Of a stretch of DNA of 64,000 nucleotides, positions 1-12,956 are shown piece by piece. This DNA comes from the human T2T-CHM13v2.0 reference genome, Homo sapiens: the NCBI RefSeq assembly GCF_009914755.1, contig NC_060931.1. One strand, written 5' to 3'. Both the position numbers and the translations under genes were made by a program. The notes beneath the pieces are model-generated. The model searched no databases. It saw nothing but the letters and a program-made list of their open reading frames with translations, and was not told the origin of the DNA. Every line of letters begins with the position of its first letter. Position 1 is the stretch's first letter.

Positions 1-936
1 TGAGAGTCAATAAACTTAAGATCCTTGAGTAAGGTTTCTCGACTACTAATCATAGTCATTAAATGGAACTTCATTTTGAACAGCTCAACCAGATAGGTCC
101 AGGGGGTTTTACCCTCAGCCTAGAAACCAAGAACTGCTATGAAAGCAAAATGAAACATCTGCCCTGGGAGTTATGCAAATATGGGTGTTGCAGACTAGGA
201 ATCATTTGGAAACTCACCTTGAAGTAGCTCTAGAGTCTTGACCAACATACTCCGAGATAAATAAAAGCAAAGATAGCTTTACCCAAGAGTGAAATACAAT
301 GAGTACAAAACTCTTCTTGGATTGGTAATGGTGGAGACCATAGCTTTCCAACTTGCTGCACATGTACACACACTGAATCCTAACCAACAGTAAGCACTGA
401 TGTAGAGCCCTCAGATGTGCTCCTCTACAGAACATGCCTATTGGAGAAATTTACCTGAACCAAAGCAGAGGAAAATTATAGCAGCTACCTAGATAATTAA
501 CCCAGCCCTTCATTTTCAAATATAAATTAGTAAGTAGACAAGGATCATCAGATGAAGAAAAGGACAAAACTAAATGAAAGGAAGCAAGATAAACTGAACT
601 GGAAAACAAAAATAATTCAACAAAGAAAAAAGAAACTTGTTTCAAATTTGTGATTAGTGTAACAATAGATAATTAAAATAATATTAACATTAATATTAAT
701 TAAAGGTGTACTATAAATTCTTAATATGTAATTAATATCTAATTTTATAAATAAGAATAAAATGTAATTTTCATAGGCGTCCTTTTATAGATACCATTTG
801 GTAGATAAATAAATTTTGCTACAAGTTCAAAGTGAATTTTTTCTAATGCAAATGGTATTTAAGTATAGTTGAAGCCAAAATATTAATACCTACCTTAGGC
901 AAGATTAGATGTAGGCAGAGAAAGATCATTTATTCT

Positions 937-1271
<335 letters not shown>

Positions 1272-1689
1272 TTATCAATATAAAAAAGTCATTAAGATGT
1301 GTCCATTTAAATATGAGACTTTTATTACAAGAAAATTTTAGAAGTGAGCAACAACTAATGAGATTAGAAAAACTTAATTTTATTGAAGTATAGATTTTGT
1401 GCCCACTTAAAAGAAAGGAAAATGTTTTTAACTTGTGTTTTTTAACAGCAGTTTTAGTTCTATGATAGTTAAGCTCACTTGGAGTAGTAAAATATGAAGC
1501 AGGCTGGAATATGAAGATGCCACACTGTCCTGGGTGCTTTTTTAATTTAATTTTATTTATTTTTATTTTTTGCAACACAGAGCGGGCAACCTATGCTACA
1601 TGTTTTGGCAATGCTATTTTTTGTTACATCTCATCAGGAGGCACATAACATAAGGTTGTTCCATTTTTACTGATGTTAAGATTGATGAT

Positions 1690-1830
1690 GGGGCCTGGGA
1701 AAATTCCTGAGACCCAGGTGCAAGCTATACCAATTAAATCTGAATATCCAGAGTTGGTGGTCAGGCATAGTAATTTTTAAAAGATACTCAGGTGATGCCA
1801 ATATGTGTGTGGCAAAGTTTGGAAAACAAA
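1690..1830. mobile_element. MER5-like hAT-Charlie MITE
   Basis: Matches the MER5 pattern aaatctgaatatccagag...tttttaaaagatactcaggtgatgcc...aaagtttggaaaac. Confidence 0.6.
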
Positions 1831-2104
1831 AGGTCAAAGTGATTCTAGCCTCATCTATTCATTTATATAAATCGCCATTAACATTTAATTCATGGTTTCA
1901 GTGTAATGATTAATGCTTAGATTCAATATTCATTAGGGTTTATAAATGATGACTTATCAAAGTTCTATCTATTTCTGAACTCATTAGCTGGACTTCTATA
2001 AAGAAATTTTTGTCATCAACTATTTGGTTACCCTATAATACAGTTTTTACAAGAAATCCAGATAAATTTGTTATATTCATGGCTATCTTTTTATTCTAGA
2101 AATA

Positions 2105-2405
2105 TACTGGATAACTGTAGTCCATAAGTGACCCAAGGCCTCTTTTTGTATTGCCTACAAGCTGAAATTGCTTTTCATTTAAAAAAAATTTTTCAAAGGG
2201 TGTTAATAAAAACAAGAAAAGACTATGCAACAGATAACAGTATGCAGACCTACAAAAGAAATGGAGGAAGAGGAAAGGGAAGAAAAAAGAAAAGAAACAA
2301 GAAAGAAGAAAGCAGAAGGAAGAAGTAGAAGAGACTGATGTGAATCCCAAAGTCTAAAATTCTTATTATGTGGTCTTTCATGGAAAACATTTGCCAGTCC
2401 CTGGT
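2105..2405. mobile_element. MER58-like hAT-Charlie element with internal GA-rich stretch
   Basis: The end cccaaagtctaaaattcttattatgtggtctttcatggaaaacatttgccagtccctg resembles the MER58 terminus. Confidence 0.5.
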
Positions 2406-2764
2406 TTAGAATAAAGAGTTTGTGTCCTTATAAATTCTCAATGGTAAAAATAACCAGTATGTGTGTTTCATGATAAACTCATAATTTTTAACATTGCAGC
2501 TATTATTTTTTCATGCTGTATCTCTCTTATATTTTAGTCCAGTAGGAACACTTTCACATAATTTTTAGTTTTGTTTAGTTAGTTTAGTCTTGTGATGTTA
2601 ACTGGAGTCCAGCAATATTTGATAGCTTCCTTTGTTTCTGGCAGAAAAAGTTCTAGAAACATCTGACCCTTTTCCTGCTCCAGAGCTGGAACCAGCCATT
2701 TCATCAAGGAGTCCTCCTTTCCTTTAGTGGGAAATTATATTTAGAGATGAAAATCTGGGTGATA

Positions 2765-3128
2765 ATGGAATACTATGCAGCCATAAAAAGGAATGAGATC
2801 ATCTCCTTTGCGGGGATGTGGATGGAGCTGGAAGCCATTATCCTCAGCAAACTAATGCAGGAACAGAAAACCAAACACTGTATGTTCTCATTTATAAGTG
2901 GGAGCTAAACAATGAGAACACAGGGAGGGAACAACACACACTGGAGCCTGTTGGGGGTTGTGGGGAGTTGGGGAGGGAGAGCATCAGGATAAATAGCTAA
3001 TGCCTGCGGGGTGTAATACCTAGGTGATGGGTTGATAGGTGCAGCAAACCACCATGGCACACATTTACCTATGTAACAAGCCTACACATCCTGAACATGT
3101 ATCCTGGAACTTAAGTTGAAAAAAAAAC
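2765..3128 (+). mobile_element. 5'-truncated L1PA (older primate subfamily) 3' end
   Basis: atggaatactatgcagccataaaaaggaatgagatc... 3'UTR with A-tail and perfect 15-bp TSD aaaatctgggtgata (2750-2764 / 3129-3143). Confidence 0.93.
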
Positions 3129-3419
3129 AAAATCTGGGTGATAGAGGCACTAATTGCTAATGAGTTATTTTTGCTTATAGCCTACAATTGTTATTGTTTC
3201 TATGCCTTTTCAACAAGTTAGATAATGCATATTTATTTTAGAGATGTAAAATATTAAATGTCTCTGATATTTCCAAATTACATTTAAGTCACTTTATTTT
3301 ATATTTCCTTTCTCTTATGCTGAAAGCTTAATTCCTAACAATATAAACATAATTTCTTATTTGATTTATTCTATATTACAATAACAGCAACATTATTAAT
3401 ATACTCAGTTCAAATTACC

Positions 3420-3997
3420 TAGCCTTGTTTTATAGGTGATTCTGTTTAAAGACATCTCATGTAAAATATAGTGTTGATTCATTAACACTGAACTTCTAGC
3501 CAACCGCGGTGTAACTCATGCCTGAAGGAAGCCGATGTGACACATCTATTTTCTGTGTATGGCACATCACAGCCATCTTGCAGTCAGGAACATCTGTGTA
3601 TGACCATCTGTGTATGGCACATCACAGAACATCTTGCAGTCAGGAATGTAGACAGCATTGCGGCACTACGCTTGGGGACCATTTTAAAAGCAAAGTCACC
3701 AACAACAAGCACAAGAATGTGAAAATGTGGCATTAAATAGACCACAAAAATGACACTGTTTATAGTACAACAACTGAAACAAGAAAGTAGAGTGTCTCCT
3801 TAGTCAGTGTCTACTGGGAATAAGCACCTTGGGCAATTCAATTTTTCTGCCACTCTTACTGTCTGCAATTAACTGCCTGAATGTCTGCAAAGGACTGTGA
3901 AAGTTTTGTGAATGTTGATTTGGAGGTTACAAATACATTTTAATGTGTAGGTGGATTCTCAAATATGGAATCTGTGAATAATGAGGATTGGCTCTGT
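3420..3997 (-). mobile_element. TcMar-Tigger DNA transposon (Tigger4/Zombi-like) fragment
   Basis: Ends in TIR-like atggaatctgtgaataatgaggattg; internal sequence resembles Tigger4 derivatives. Confidence 0.7.
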
Positions 3998-4029
3998 GTG
4001 AAAGATTCATAGGTAACATATATACAGAG

Positions 4030-4900
4030 AAAAAATATGATGCTGGAAGAGTGAGGAAGGGTAATATCAGACTGACTTCTCAAGATTAGAAGCTTTAGCC
4101 TGTAGGAATTTTGCCATGAGACAGGAGCATTCAAGGATTTTTAAGCTGAGGGGTGATAAAATGGTATTTCTGTTTAATAATAATCACTCTATATATTGTG
4201 GGAAGGAGAGTGGTGAGGCAGAAGTTGGAGACTATCAGACCCCAGCGATGATCCCAGTAAGAAGTCATGAGGCCTCTACTAAGGAAGTGGCAATGGGCAT
4301 GATGTGAAGGGGGTGGCCATGGCGAGTGCTTCAGTGTGAAGGACAAGAGAAGAGAAATCAAAGATGACCTTCTGGGTAATCAAGGTGCCATGTCATGGGA
4401 CAAAATTTCAAAGAGTCAGAACCAGTTTCAACAGGGGAAAATGCAAAATTAAGTTTAGCCAGGTTGAGCTTTAGTTGCCTAGAGGTTATCTAGGTGTAAA
4501 TTTCCAGAAAATATTTATAGATAGAAATCGGTTTTTAGATAACATTTAAGTAATAAGTTGAGGCCTGAGAACTGAATTTAAACAAAACAAAACAAAAATA
4601 AAATAAAACTAAGAGGTTAAAGAAGGTAGAATATACCAAAAAAAAAAAAAAAAAAAAATTCAAGCAGCCAGAATGCTAAGAAGGCAAGTAAAAGTAAAAC
4701 ATTTTCATGAAAACTAAGCAAGAGAAAGTTTCAACAACGAAGAAGTGGATAATAATGTTAATTATGGCAAACAAGTATAACAAGATAGGCTTGGTAAGAC
4801 ATAAAAGAAATTTGGCAATTAAAGACATGGTGACTCTAGCAAGGAGAGTTTCACTATAATACAAGCCAGATTTCTTTTAGGTTGAGAGAGAAACGTGGTA
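4030..4900 (-). mobile_element. L2 fragments
   Basis: Purine-rich degenerate antisense L2 motifs (ttttaagctgagggg, ggtgactctagcaaggagagtttca). Confidence 0.5.
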
Positions 4901-4919
4901 AGAAAATCTAGACAACCTA

Positions 4920-5115
4920 TTGGTGATCAAGCACTTAGATTCAAGTACATCATTCAAATTTCAATTCTGCCACTTGAAAGCTGTGGTAGCCTTTGATAAT
5001 TTGTTCAGTGTCTGTTTTTGTTTTGTCATCTGCAAAACCCATCCAATAATAGTACTTAATATATTTGAATACTGTTTTGAGAAGGAAATAAGTGAATGCA
5101 TGTGAGGTAATTAGA
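4920..5115 (+). mobile_element. MIR
   Basis: MIR core ttcaaatttcaattctgccactt...tcatctgcaaaa...ataatagtac. Confidence 0.65.
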
Positions 5116-5464
5116 AAATTTTAAAAAGTTTTTAGCCCAAGTAGAACTAAGATGTGAAACATCATAATGTACGGTATAAAATTTATTTTAAAATGAGGAT
5201 ACTAAAGATGAATATGTACAAGGAATATTATGAAGGCTCTTTGAAGGCATATTTCAAAGGTAAAAATAAACATTGGTTTGTGAAATTGAATTACATAACG
5301 TAATTAAACATAAATTAACATAAAAATTAGTAAGATAAATTTCTAGAAGTGATGACCTGAGGCAAAATAAGCACTTAATAACATAAAAAAGATAGACTGT
5401 GATAGCATATTTTTCTGATAAACACACTGTCAAAAGAAATACAACAATCCAAAGAGTATGTTGG

Positions 5465-5468
<4 letters not shown>

Positions 5469-5508
<40 letters not shown>
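5469..5508 (+). repeat. (CA)20 microsatellite
   Basis: Perfect CA run counted directly. Confidence 0.97.
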
Positions 5509-5510
<2 letters not shown>

Positions 5511-5564
5511 GTATTTTCTGGAGAAGAAGGAAGGCATATAATCTCTATAAATATCTTTTTGCAG

Positions 5565-6440
5565 TAGTCTCACTACATACGTATTAAAATAGCCAAAACT
5601 TGGAGCACTGGCAACACCAAATGCTGGTTAGTATGTGGAACAAGAGGAACTCTAATTAATTGGTCGTGGGAATGCCAAATGGTACAACCACTTTGAAAGA
5701 CAGTTTGGTGGTTTCTTAGAAAATTAAACAACCTCTTACCATATATGATTCAGCAATCATACTCCCTGATATTTACTCAAAGGTGTTGAAAACTTATATC
5801 TGCCCAAAAATCTGCACATAGATATTTATAGCAGTTTTGTTAATAGTAGGCAAAACTTGGAAACAAACAAGATGTCCTGTAGTAAGTGAATGGATAAATA
5901 AACTGTGGTACATCTAGACAATGGAATATTAATTAATGCTAAAAAGAAATGAGTTACCAAGACATGAAAAGGCAGGGAAACTTAAATGCCTATTACTAAG
6001 TGAAAGAAGCCAATCTAAGAAAATTACATACTGTATTATTTCAACATATGACATGGAAAAAAAGAAACTCTACAGACAGTGAAAAGAGCAGTGGTTGCAG
6101 GGGTTGAGTGGACAAAGAGGGATGAATAGGCAGAACACAAAGGATTTTGAGGGTAGTTAAAATACTCTATATAATAATATAATGGTGGATACATGTCATT
6201 TTACATTTGTCTAAACCCATAGAATATATAACACCAACTATGAACTCTGGTGTAAACTATGGACTTTGGGAAATTAGGATGCGTCAATATGGCCTTATGA
6301 ATTATAACAAATGTACCACTCTGTGGGAGGACGTGCATGTGTGACAGAAAAAAGTATATGGGTAATCTCTACTTTTCTCTCAATTTAACTAGAAACCTAA
6401 AACTGTTCTTAAAAAGGTTTTAAAAAAATAAAATTTTTTA
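5565..6440 (+). mobile_element. L1MC-type 3' end
   Basis: ORF2 C-terminal remnant (caacaccaaatgctgg...atggaatatt) and L1MC-style 3'UTR (aaacccatagaat...taacaaatgtaccactctg). Confidence 0.85.
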
Positions 6441-7889
6441 AAAAGTGTAGTCCTTGTTTACCATTAAGCAAAAACAGACAGCAGAAAGTTTAATTGGGTT
6501 ATATACTTCATTTTCACAAAACCAATGTTTACTTTTAACTTTGAAATCATGTTGTCTTCAAAGAGCCTTTATAATATTTCTTGTATATATTCAACTTCAG
6601 CATTACCATTTTAAGAGGCATTCTATACCATACATTCTGATGTTTCACATCTTAGTTTAACTTAGGCTTAAAATGTTTTCAAAAGTTCTAAATTTAAAAA
6701 AAAAGGATAGATTGTACCTTTATTTGATTTCTACTTTAATAAAAATGTTAGGTTTCATTTATTTATCCTTTAACATCATGAAGTGTTGAAATTTTTTTTT
6801 AATGGTGTGGTTTTTCTGGATGCTACATTACCGTGAAACTGCAATGTTTTAAGTGTGAAAGCATTAGAGTTTCAAGTTTGATTTGGCCTGAATGTTTTTC
6901 TTTGGCAAACCTTCAACTTCAAAAACATACATGCTTATTTGTGGTTTCTTATGGTTTTGAGCCTCTTTGGGGAAAGAGTTTGGCTTAATATGGTTAAAAC
7001 TATCTGTGTGGGGTGCTGGCAGGTACAAGGGGAAACACAGAAGAAACTGACTAAACAAAGGATTTTCCAAAGATGTCCCATCCCAGGAGGAAAAAAAAAA
7101 AATCATTCTTTTAACCATGTTAAAATACCCATATTAGGTACAGTTCATACTTGACAAAATTGTGCTTAATGTTTATTTTAGCTAGATTTGCCTTGGTATT
7201 AATCCAAGCTATTCAGTTTTCTTTTTTTGGAACTTACTGTTAGAATTATCTTTACATTAAAAAATGTCTCCTCTCTCCTAAGCAATCCACAGTTGTCCCA
7301 CCAAACTTTAAGCTCAATTTTCCCAAATACATAATTATCAGCTTTCTCCTACCATTCCACATCCTCCTACATAAATATATTTTTATCATTATGGGAGTTC
7401 AGAATCTTTTTTTATTCTTTCACTATAATAATTCAACAAAAAATGGGGGGGTAGCTAATACATATTGTACATTTTCTGTAGGGATTGGTGACAGACATGA
7501 AGAAAATCCATTCAAAGATTCCACTATGGGACATTCAATCTAGAAAAGAGCCAAATAAAAAAAATTTTTTTGGAGATATAATTATAATTAAATTCTTGTA
7601 ATGAGGCATGGTGAGAGTGATTCATAAGCAGACCTACCTTGTCTAAAATGAGAAAGCAAAGCTAAATTCTGGAAGTAAAAAGGGAAACTGTAGGTGAGAA
7701 GACCTTTTAAAACAGTAGGTGCAAAGACCACAAGGAATAATGACCTCAAGTCATTCTGAAGCTATACCAAGGTCAGTAAGGCTGGAGTTAAAGAATTGTT
7801 GACAGGTGAAGGAGGTGAGATGATATGTTGAAGTAAATACAGAGATAAAGGTAAGGATTATATCATGCAAAATTTAATACCTATCAAGA

Positions 7890-8105
7890 TAATTATTGTG
7901 CTTTTTAGGCACTGTTCCAAATTTACTATCATTTAAACTCATTTAATCTTCACAATAACCTCATAATGTGTATATATTTTTTCTCCATTGTATAGAAGAA
8001 GAAACTTGGCACTGAGAGTTAAAAACTTGCCCAAAATTACATAGTTGGTAAGCAGGAGAACTAGGATTTGAAGGGGCTCCAGAGGATGTTTTCTTAGCCA
8101 GAGTT
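7890..8105 (-). mobile_element. MIR (within L2 fragments ~7460-8460)
   Basis: ctcatttaatcttcacaataacc...gaaacttggcactgagagttaaaaacttgcccaa. Confidence 0.8.
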
Positions 8106-9154
8106 CTACAGTCTCACTAGCTGGACTGCTGGGCAATGCTAAGGACTTAGCCTTAGTTTCTTTTACATATACACTGTTCTAAAGCCATTTTTAGAAATGG
8201 CATGAAAAGCTACTGAAAACTTTCAAGAAAAGAAGTAATATGATTTTTTTTTTTTTTACTTAAAAAATCACCCTGATGGTTTATTCATGAGTAGAATTAA
8301 GGAGCTGAATGTGTCTACTACAGTTACTAGGTGTGCAATAATGGTGGTTTAGACTCGGTTGATGGCATCAGAGATGTAGAAAAGTGGGCAGATCTGAGAG
8401 CTATTAAGGATTTAGAATTAAAAATGATTGGTGATTGCTTAGATTTGGGGCAGGGTGATATCATGAAAATCTTTTAGGTTACCCTCATAAACAACTTTCA
8501 TTCCTACATTATAGAAAATACAGCCCCCTTGCCCAAAAAAGTAAATATACTAACACATGCATATATACATGGCTATTGTTTACATACTTCATGAGACTAA
8601 GAACAACATAAAGCACAAGCAATAGACACACAGGGTTCATGGATCTCAACTTAAGAAGTGCTGCCCTATATATCCTCCGCACTGTAGATTACCTGTATCA
8701 CAAAAGCATCACAGGGTGGTTACAAATTTCTTGAGATGACAGCAGAGTTAAGTTTCAATGCTTAGAGAACACAGCTAGATCACCAGAAATTTGTCCAAAT
8801 AGTGAAAGCAGAGTGAAAGCAGAGTTGAATGGAAGTTAAGTATGGATCCAATTCAATAGCAGAAAACACCTAGTCTGCCAAGTAAACTACAGAACCAAAA
8901 TCCAAACAGTATATTCCATATTTAAACCAGCAAGCAAAACTTAGAAATCAAATGCCATGATTCCAGAGTTTGTGTGACTGCTGTGGTAGATACTCATGAA
9001 AGGGCATAGCTAGGTGTTCCAAAGTTTTTCTTGACTATTCTTCTAGGTAACATATTTAGCCTAGTGCCATAAATTTATAATCAGTTTACAAAATTCCTTT
9101 AAAGAGTTACTAAAAATCTGACTCTCTTTTCTATTTCTACTGTAACTGTCCTAT

Positions 9155-9272
9155 TTCACTAGACTATAAGTTCCATGTTAGCAGGGATATTTGCCTACTT
9201 TGTTCACCTCCATGTTGTCAGCATTTAGAAGAGAGCTCACATCACAGTAGTGCCTCAATAATTATTTGTTTA
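9155..9272 (+). mobile_element. L2 3' end
   Basis: actagactataagttccatg...ttgttcacc...ctcaataatatttgtt. Confidence 0.7.
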
Positions 9273-9399
9273 AAAATTGGTAAGTTTCCCACCTTCTTTG
9301 TCTTGCGTATAAGCAAACAAAATAGCATCCTGCTCAATCTCACCTTAACTATACATCCTGAAAGTGTCCAAAAGATACAACATGAATAAATACATTTTT

Positions 9400-10969
9400 G
9401 TCTTACCCTTCCAACTGTGATGGACTAAATTATAGGAGACAAATCCTCCTTCTGAGAATAACTATAAAAACTAAATGAAATAGAAATATATCATCTGTTA
9501 GGAAACATTAGAAAAGCTACAGTGGCAGACAGGACTTGAGGAGTTATGCTGTAGAGATAGAAAACCACAATTAAGGTAAGCACAACATTTTTCATTAATT
9601 TTCAACTCAAAGGATTACACATATGTAACAAGTGCTAGTACAGGCTTATCAATGGCTTCATACTTTTGGAAGGCTGAAGATAGGCAGAAAATAGAGATGA
9701 GCAGTACAAGGTAGCCAGAAAATGAAGGTCTGACATCACAGAGAAACCAGAACTGTAAAGACGTGAGCATGACACTCTCTACAACTTTTCCGAATGTACT
9801 TCCTGATCCCTATGCTGCATATGGTCAGTGATTAGAAAGCCAAGACTGAAGCAGCAAAGGTACGAAAGAAAAGAAAAAGAAAAAGAAAAAATGCAAACTT
9901 TAGCAGCAACATAGTGCTAGTGAGACGAAAACTGGAGCTTAGGGCATTGTAAGACAGAAGATACCTAGAACACAACCCAGACCTTCGGCCAAGACTTCTG
10001 AAGGGCCTCATCATAGGAGCAAAAGCAGACAGGATCAGTCATCCCAAGTGCTGAAATACAACTTCAACTCATTTGTTGGTGATCTGCTCCTACTCTTAAC
10101 AGAATGCTGAGACCAATCAAATCTTTCCTGAAATAAGATAGTGGCACCCATAGAATAAATAATGTTATAAACAATAGTCATTAAGTCAATATAAATACAG
10201 ACATATCTGGAGGATCAATTAACCAAAAAACAATAAAAAGAAGTGAAAATAAAAGTCATTGGAAGAGTGACTATGTATTACAGTTTTCAAATATAAATTT
10301 TAGATGAACAAATCTGTTCAAGAAAATATACTTTTAGAAAAACTAGAGAATTTCATCTGAGAACTTGAGGTCTTAAAAAAGAAACAAGTAGAAATACTAG
10401 AATGGCAAAACATAATAATTTCAAAAAAGAACTCAGTGGATGAGGCTTACAGTCAAATAGATACTGCAAAAAGAGGGTTACTAAATTGGAAAACAGGTTG
10501 GTAGAAATAGTTAAAACTGAAGAAAGGCGAGAAAAAAGAAAACAAATACAATTGTGTAAAAGATATTTGGATCATAGTAAAAAGTTCTGACATATAGTTA
10601 ACTGGAATCCCAGAAAAACAAGAGAGAAATAGTTGGGCAGAGGAAATTTTTGAAGATTCTGGCCAAAAAAAAATTTCAAAAACTTAATTAGGTTATCAAA
10701 CCGCAGAGTCAAGAAACTCTGCAAATATCCAACAGGATAAGTGTAAGAAAGCCATACCCAGCTACATCTTAATAAAACCCTGAAAATCAAAGACAAAGAA
10801 AAAAGTCTCAAAGGTAGCCACCATCTCCAATGGGCCAATAATTAGGCTGACTACTGACATTTCAATAGAAACAATAAAAGACAAAACAAAATTGACATTT
10901 TAAAATGTTAAAAGAAAATAACTAGTGACCTAGGATATTATCTAGATGATGTCATACAGAGTGTGAAGG
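9400..10969 (+). mobile_element. Ancient L1M 5'UTR/ORF1, left part
   Basis: A-rich ORF1 remnant (gaaatactagaatggcaaaacataata...aactggaatcccagaa...attaggctgactactgacatttcaatagaaacaat...acctagga). Confidence 0.75.
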
Positions 10970-12925
10970 GGAGCTATGGGTGGCTATGAGCTGTTGGCAC
11001 CAGCACTGAGGTTCTTCTTATGTGAAGTGGGTGGCAGCAGAGGCTGGACTTGGTGGGGAGAGATTGTCTTTGCCCTCACAGCACTGTTTATTCCCCAGTG
11101 CTTCTGCCCTAATGCACTGCCCACAGAGGGATCACCTGGGGTTGGGTTCTGGCCTGAGACAAGAGGGCACAGGCAGTCCCCATCCAGTTGCTTACTGAGA
11201 ACAGACATTCTCACCCTGTCCTCTTTTGCATAAACATCCCTTAAATCACTTCCTGGAAGATTCTCTCTTGTCCACCAGCTTCCACAGGAAGGGAGATATT
11301 GTCCTTATTGGCTAAGTTTCTATAGAGGAATTACTCTGGCTGGAGAAGTCTAGAGGATCAATACCTACAGACTGCCTCTTCAAGCAGGAATGATAGGAAT
11401 TTCAGATTCAAACAGAATGGTCCCTGAATACCTATTATTATTTTGTCAGGCTCATGTATAGCTACAATAAGCCTCCCTGTACAATTCAACCATTCATCTT
11501 TATTTCATCTGCCTGCATTGATCAGGCAATCCCAGTATCACTAGTACCAGCACCAGGACAAGCTTTAACATTGTGTCCTCTACTCATTCTAGCTGGAAAT
11601 CTCTCTTTATTGCCCACCTCTGTGCATCAGTGTCATGACCATTGAAAAAGACTAAATGTCATCTACTTCTGCTTTTAGTATTTCCTACTTTCCAAATGAG
11701 AAGCCCATCAGTCCCCTCAAGGAACACCAACTAAAGGCTTATGTCAGAAGTATCCCAACAATGTGGTGAGAGAGGTGGCGGGGAATGGTTTATTGGTTAC
11801 AGGGATTAGGCATCCAGCAGCCTTGGCCTATCTGCCTTTCGGGTAGGATATGGTAGCAAAGTGTTTCAGATTTTAATGGATAAAAACAGCTACTGTTTAT
11901 GTTGTTGAGGATCAGCTCTTTGATGTGTAACAAGCATTTAGGGCTGAAAATTTGGCTAAAACTCAAGTGCTTCAAGGATGGAGACATCATCTTAATTGGC
12001 CAACCTGTCTGTGGAGTTACACTATAGTCAACGTTGAGGTAGCACTGAAATATTAATAGATGCTTTATCAGCAGGAATGGTGGTGTTCTGTGAGAATTCA
12101 TCTAGTTTGAATACATAGACTGCCAAGTAAAGCTGACAAATGTGGAAATCTGTGGATCTGATAGGCATTTTGATCCAGTTTATAATTCTTGTAGTAAAAG
12201 GTACATAATAGCTGTGTATAATGGCGATTTATCACATAGTTACACTTGACAATCTACATCCAGCAGCTTCTCTCATCATCCTAAGGAAATCAGATAGAAA
12301 TCTCTGTAATGTTGCCGTATCTAATATGAATATTAGTAGTATGTTACTGGAAAAAATGATCCACACACAGCATTTGCAATGGGAAATGAGTTTTGTTCAA
12401 ATATGACCGCCTTAAATGATACTGACACTCTTCTCATCAGCATAGAATGGTCAGTCCTAGTGAGCTATTCTTAGCTTAGATATCAGCACTTAATTGAAAT
12501 TTTTGATCAGACTAAAGCTCCTTGTTTTTCAAGGAACATAACAGGGAGATGATAAGAACACTTGGGGGGTTTCAGAAATGTGGTACTCTTATGCCCCTAT
12601 GCTTATAAAGCCATGCCAGCTGCCACCAGGAAGCCAGAGCTCCTTCAATATTTTCTCAGGACTCTCAAAGGAATAGAAGCTCCTGCTATCACCAAAGTGG
12701 TATCTTGGGACCACTCAGGCAGCTGAAGCAGCAGAGGATTCTTAAGGTGATGGTCAGCTTTGGTTTTTGTTTGTTTGTTTTTGAGATGGAGTCTTGTTCT
12801 GTTGCCCAGTCTGGAGAGCAGTGGTGTGATCTCAGCTCACTGAAACCTCTGTCCCGCCAGGTTCAACTGATTCTCCTGCCTCAGCCACAGAGTAACTGAG
12901 ACTACAGACGCCCACCACCACGCCC

Positions 12926-12956
<31 letters not shown>

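Noticed and set aside
8801-8825. 11-bp tandem duplication agtgaaagcag
   Set aside because: Common slippage event; its resemblance to an IRF element is too weak to claim.
11270-11600. RNF38/RNF44 as parent of the retrocopy (Q-x-IPVS resemblance)
   Set aside because: Only one weak motif matches and no RING cysteine pattern follows, whereas PRRC1 gives many colinear matches.
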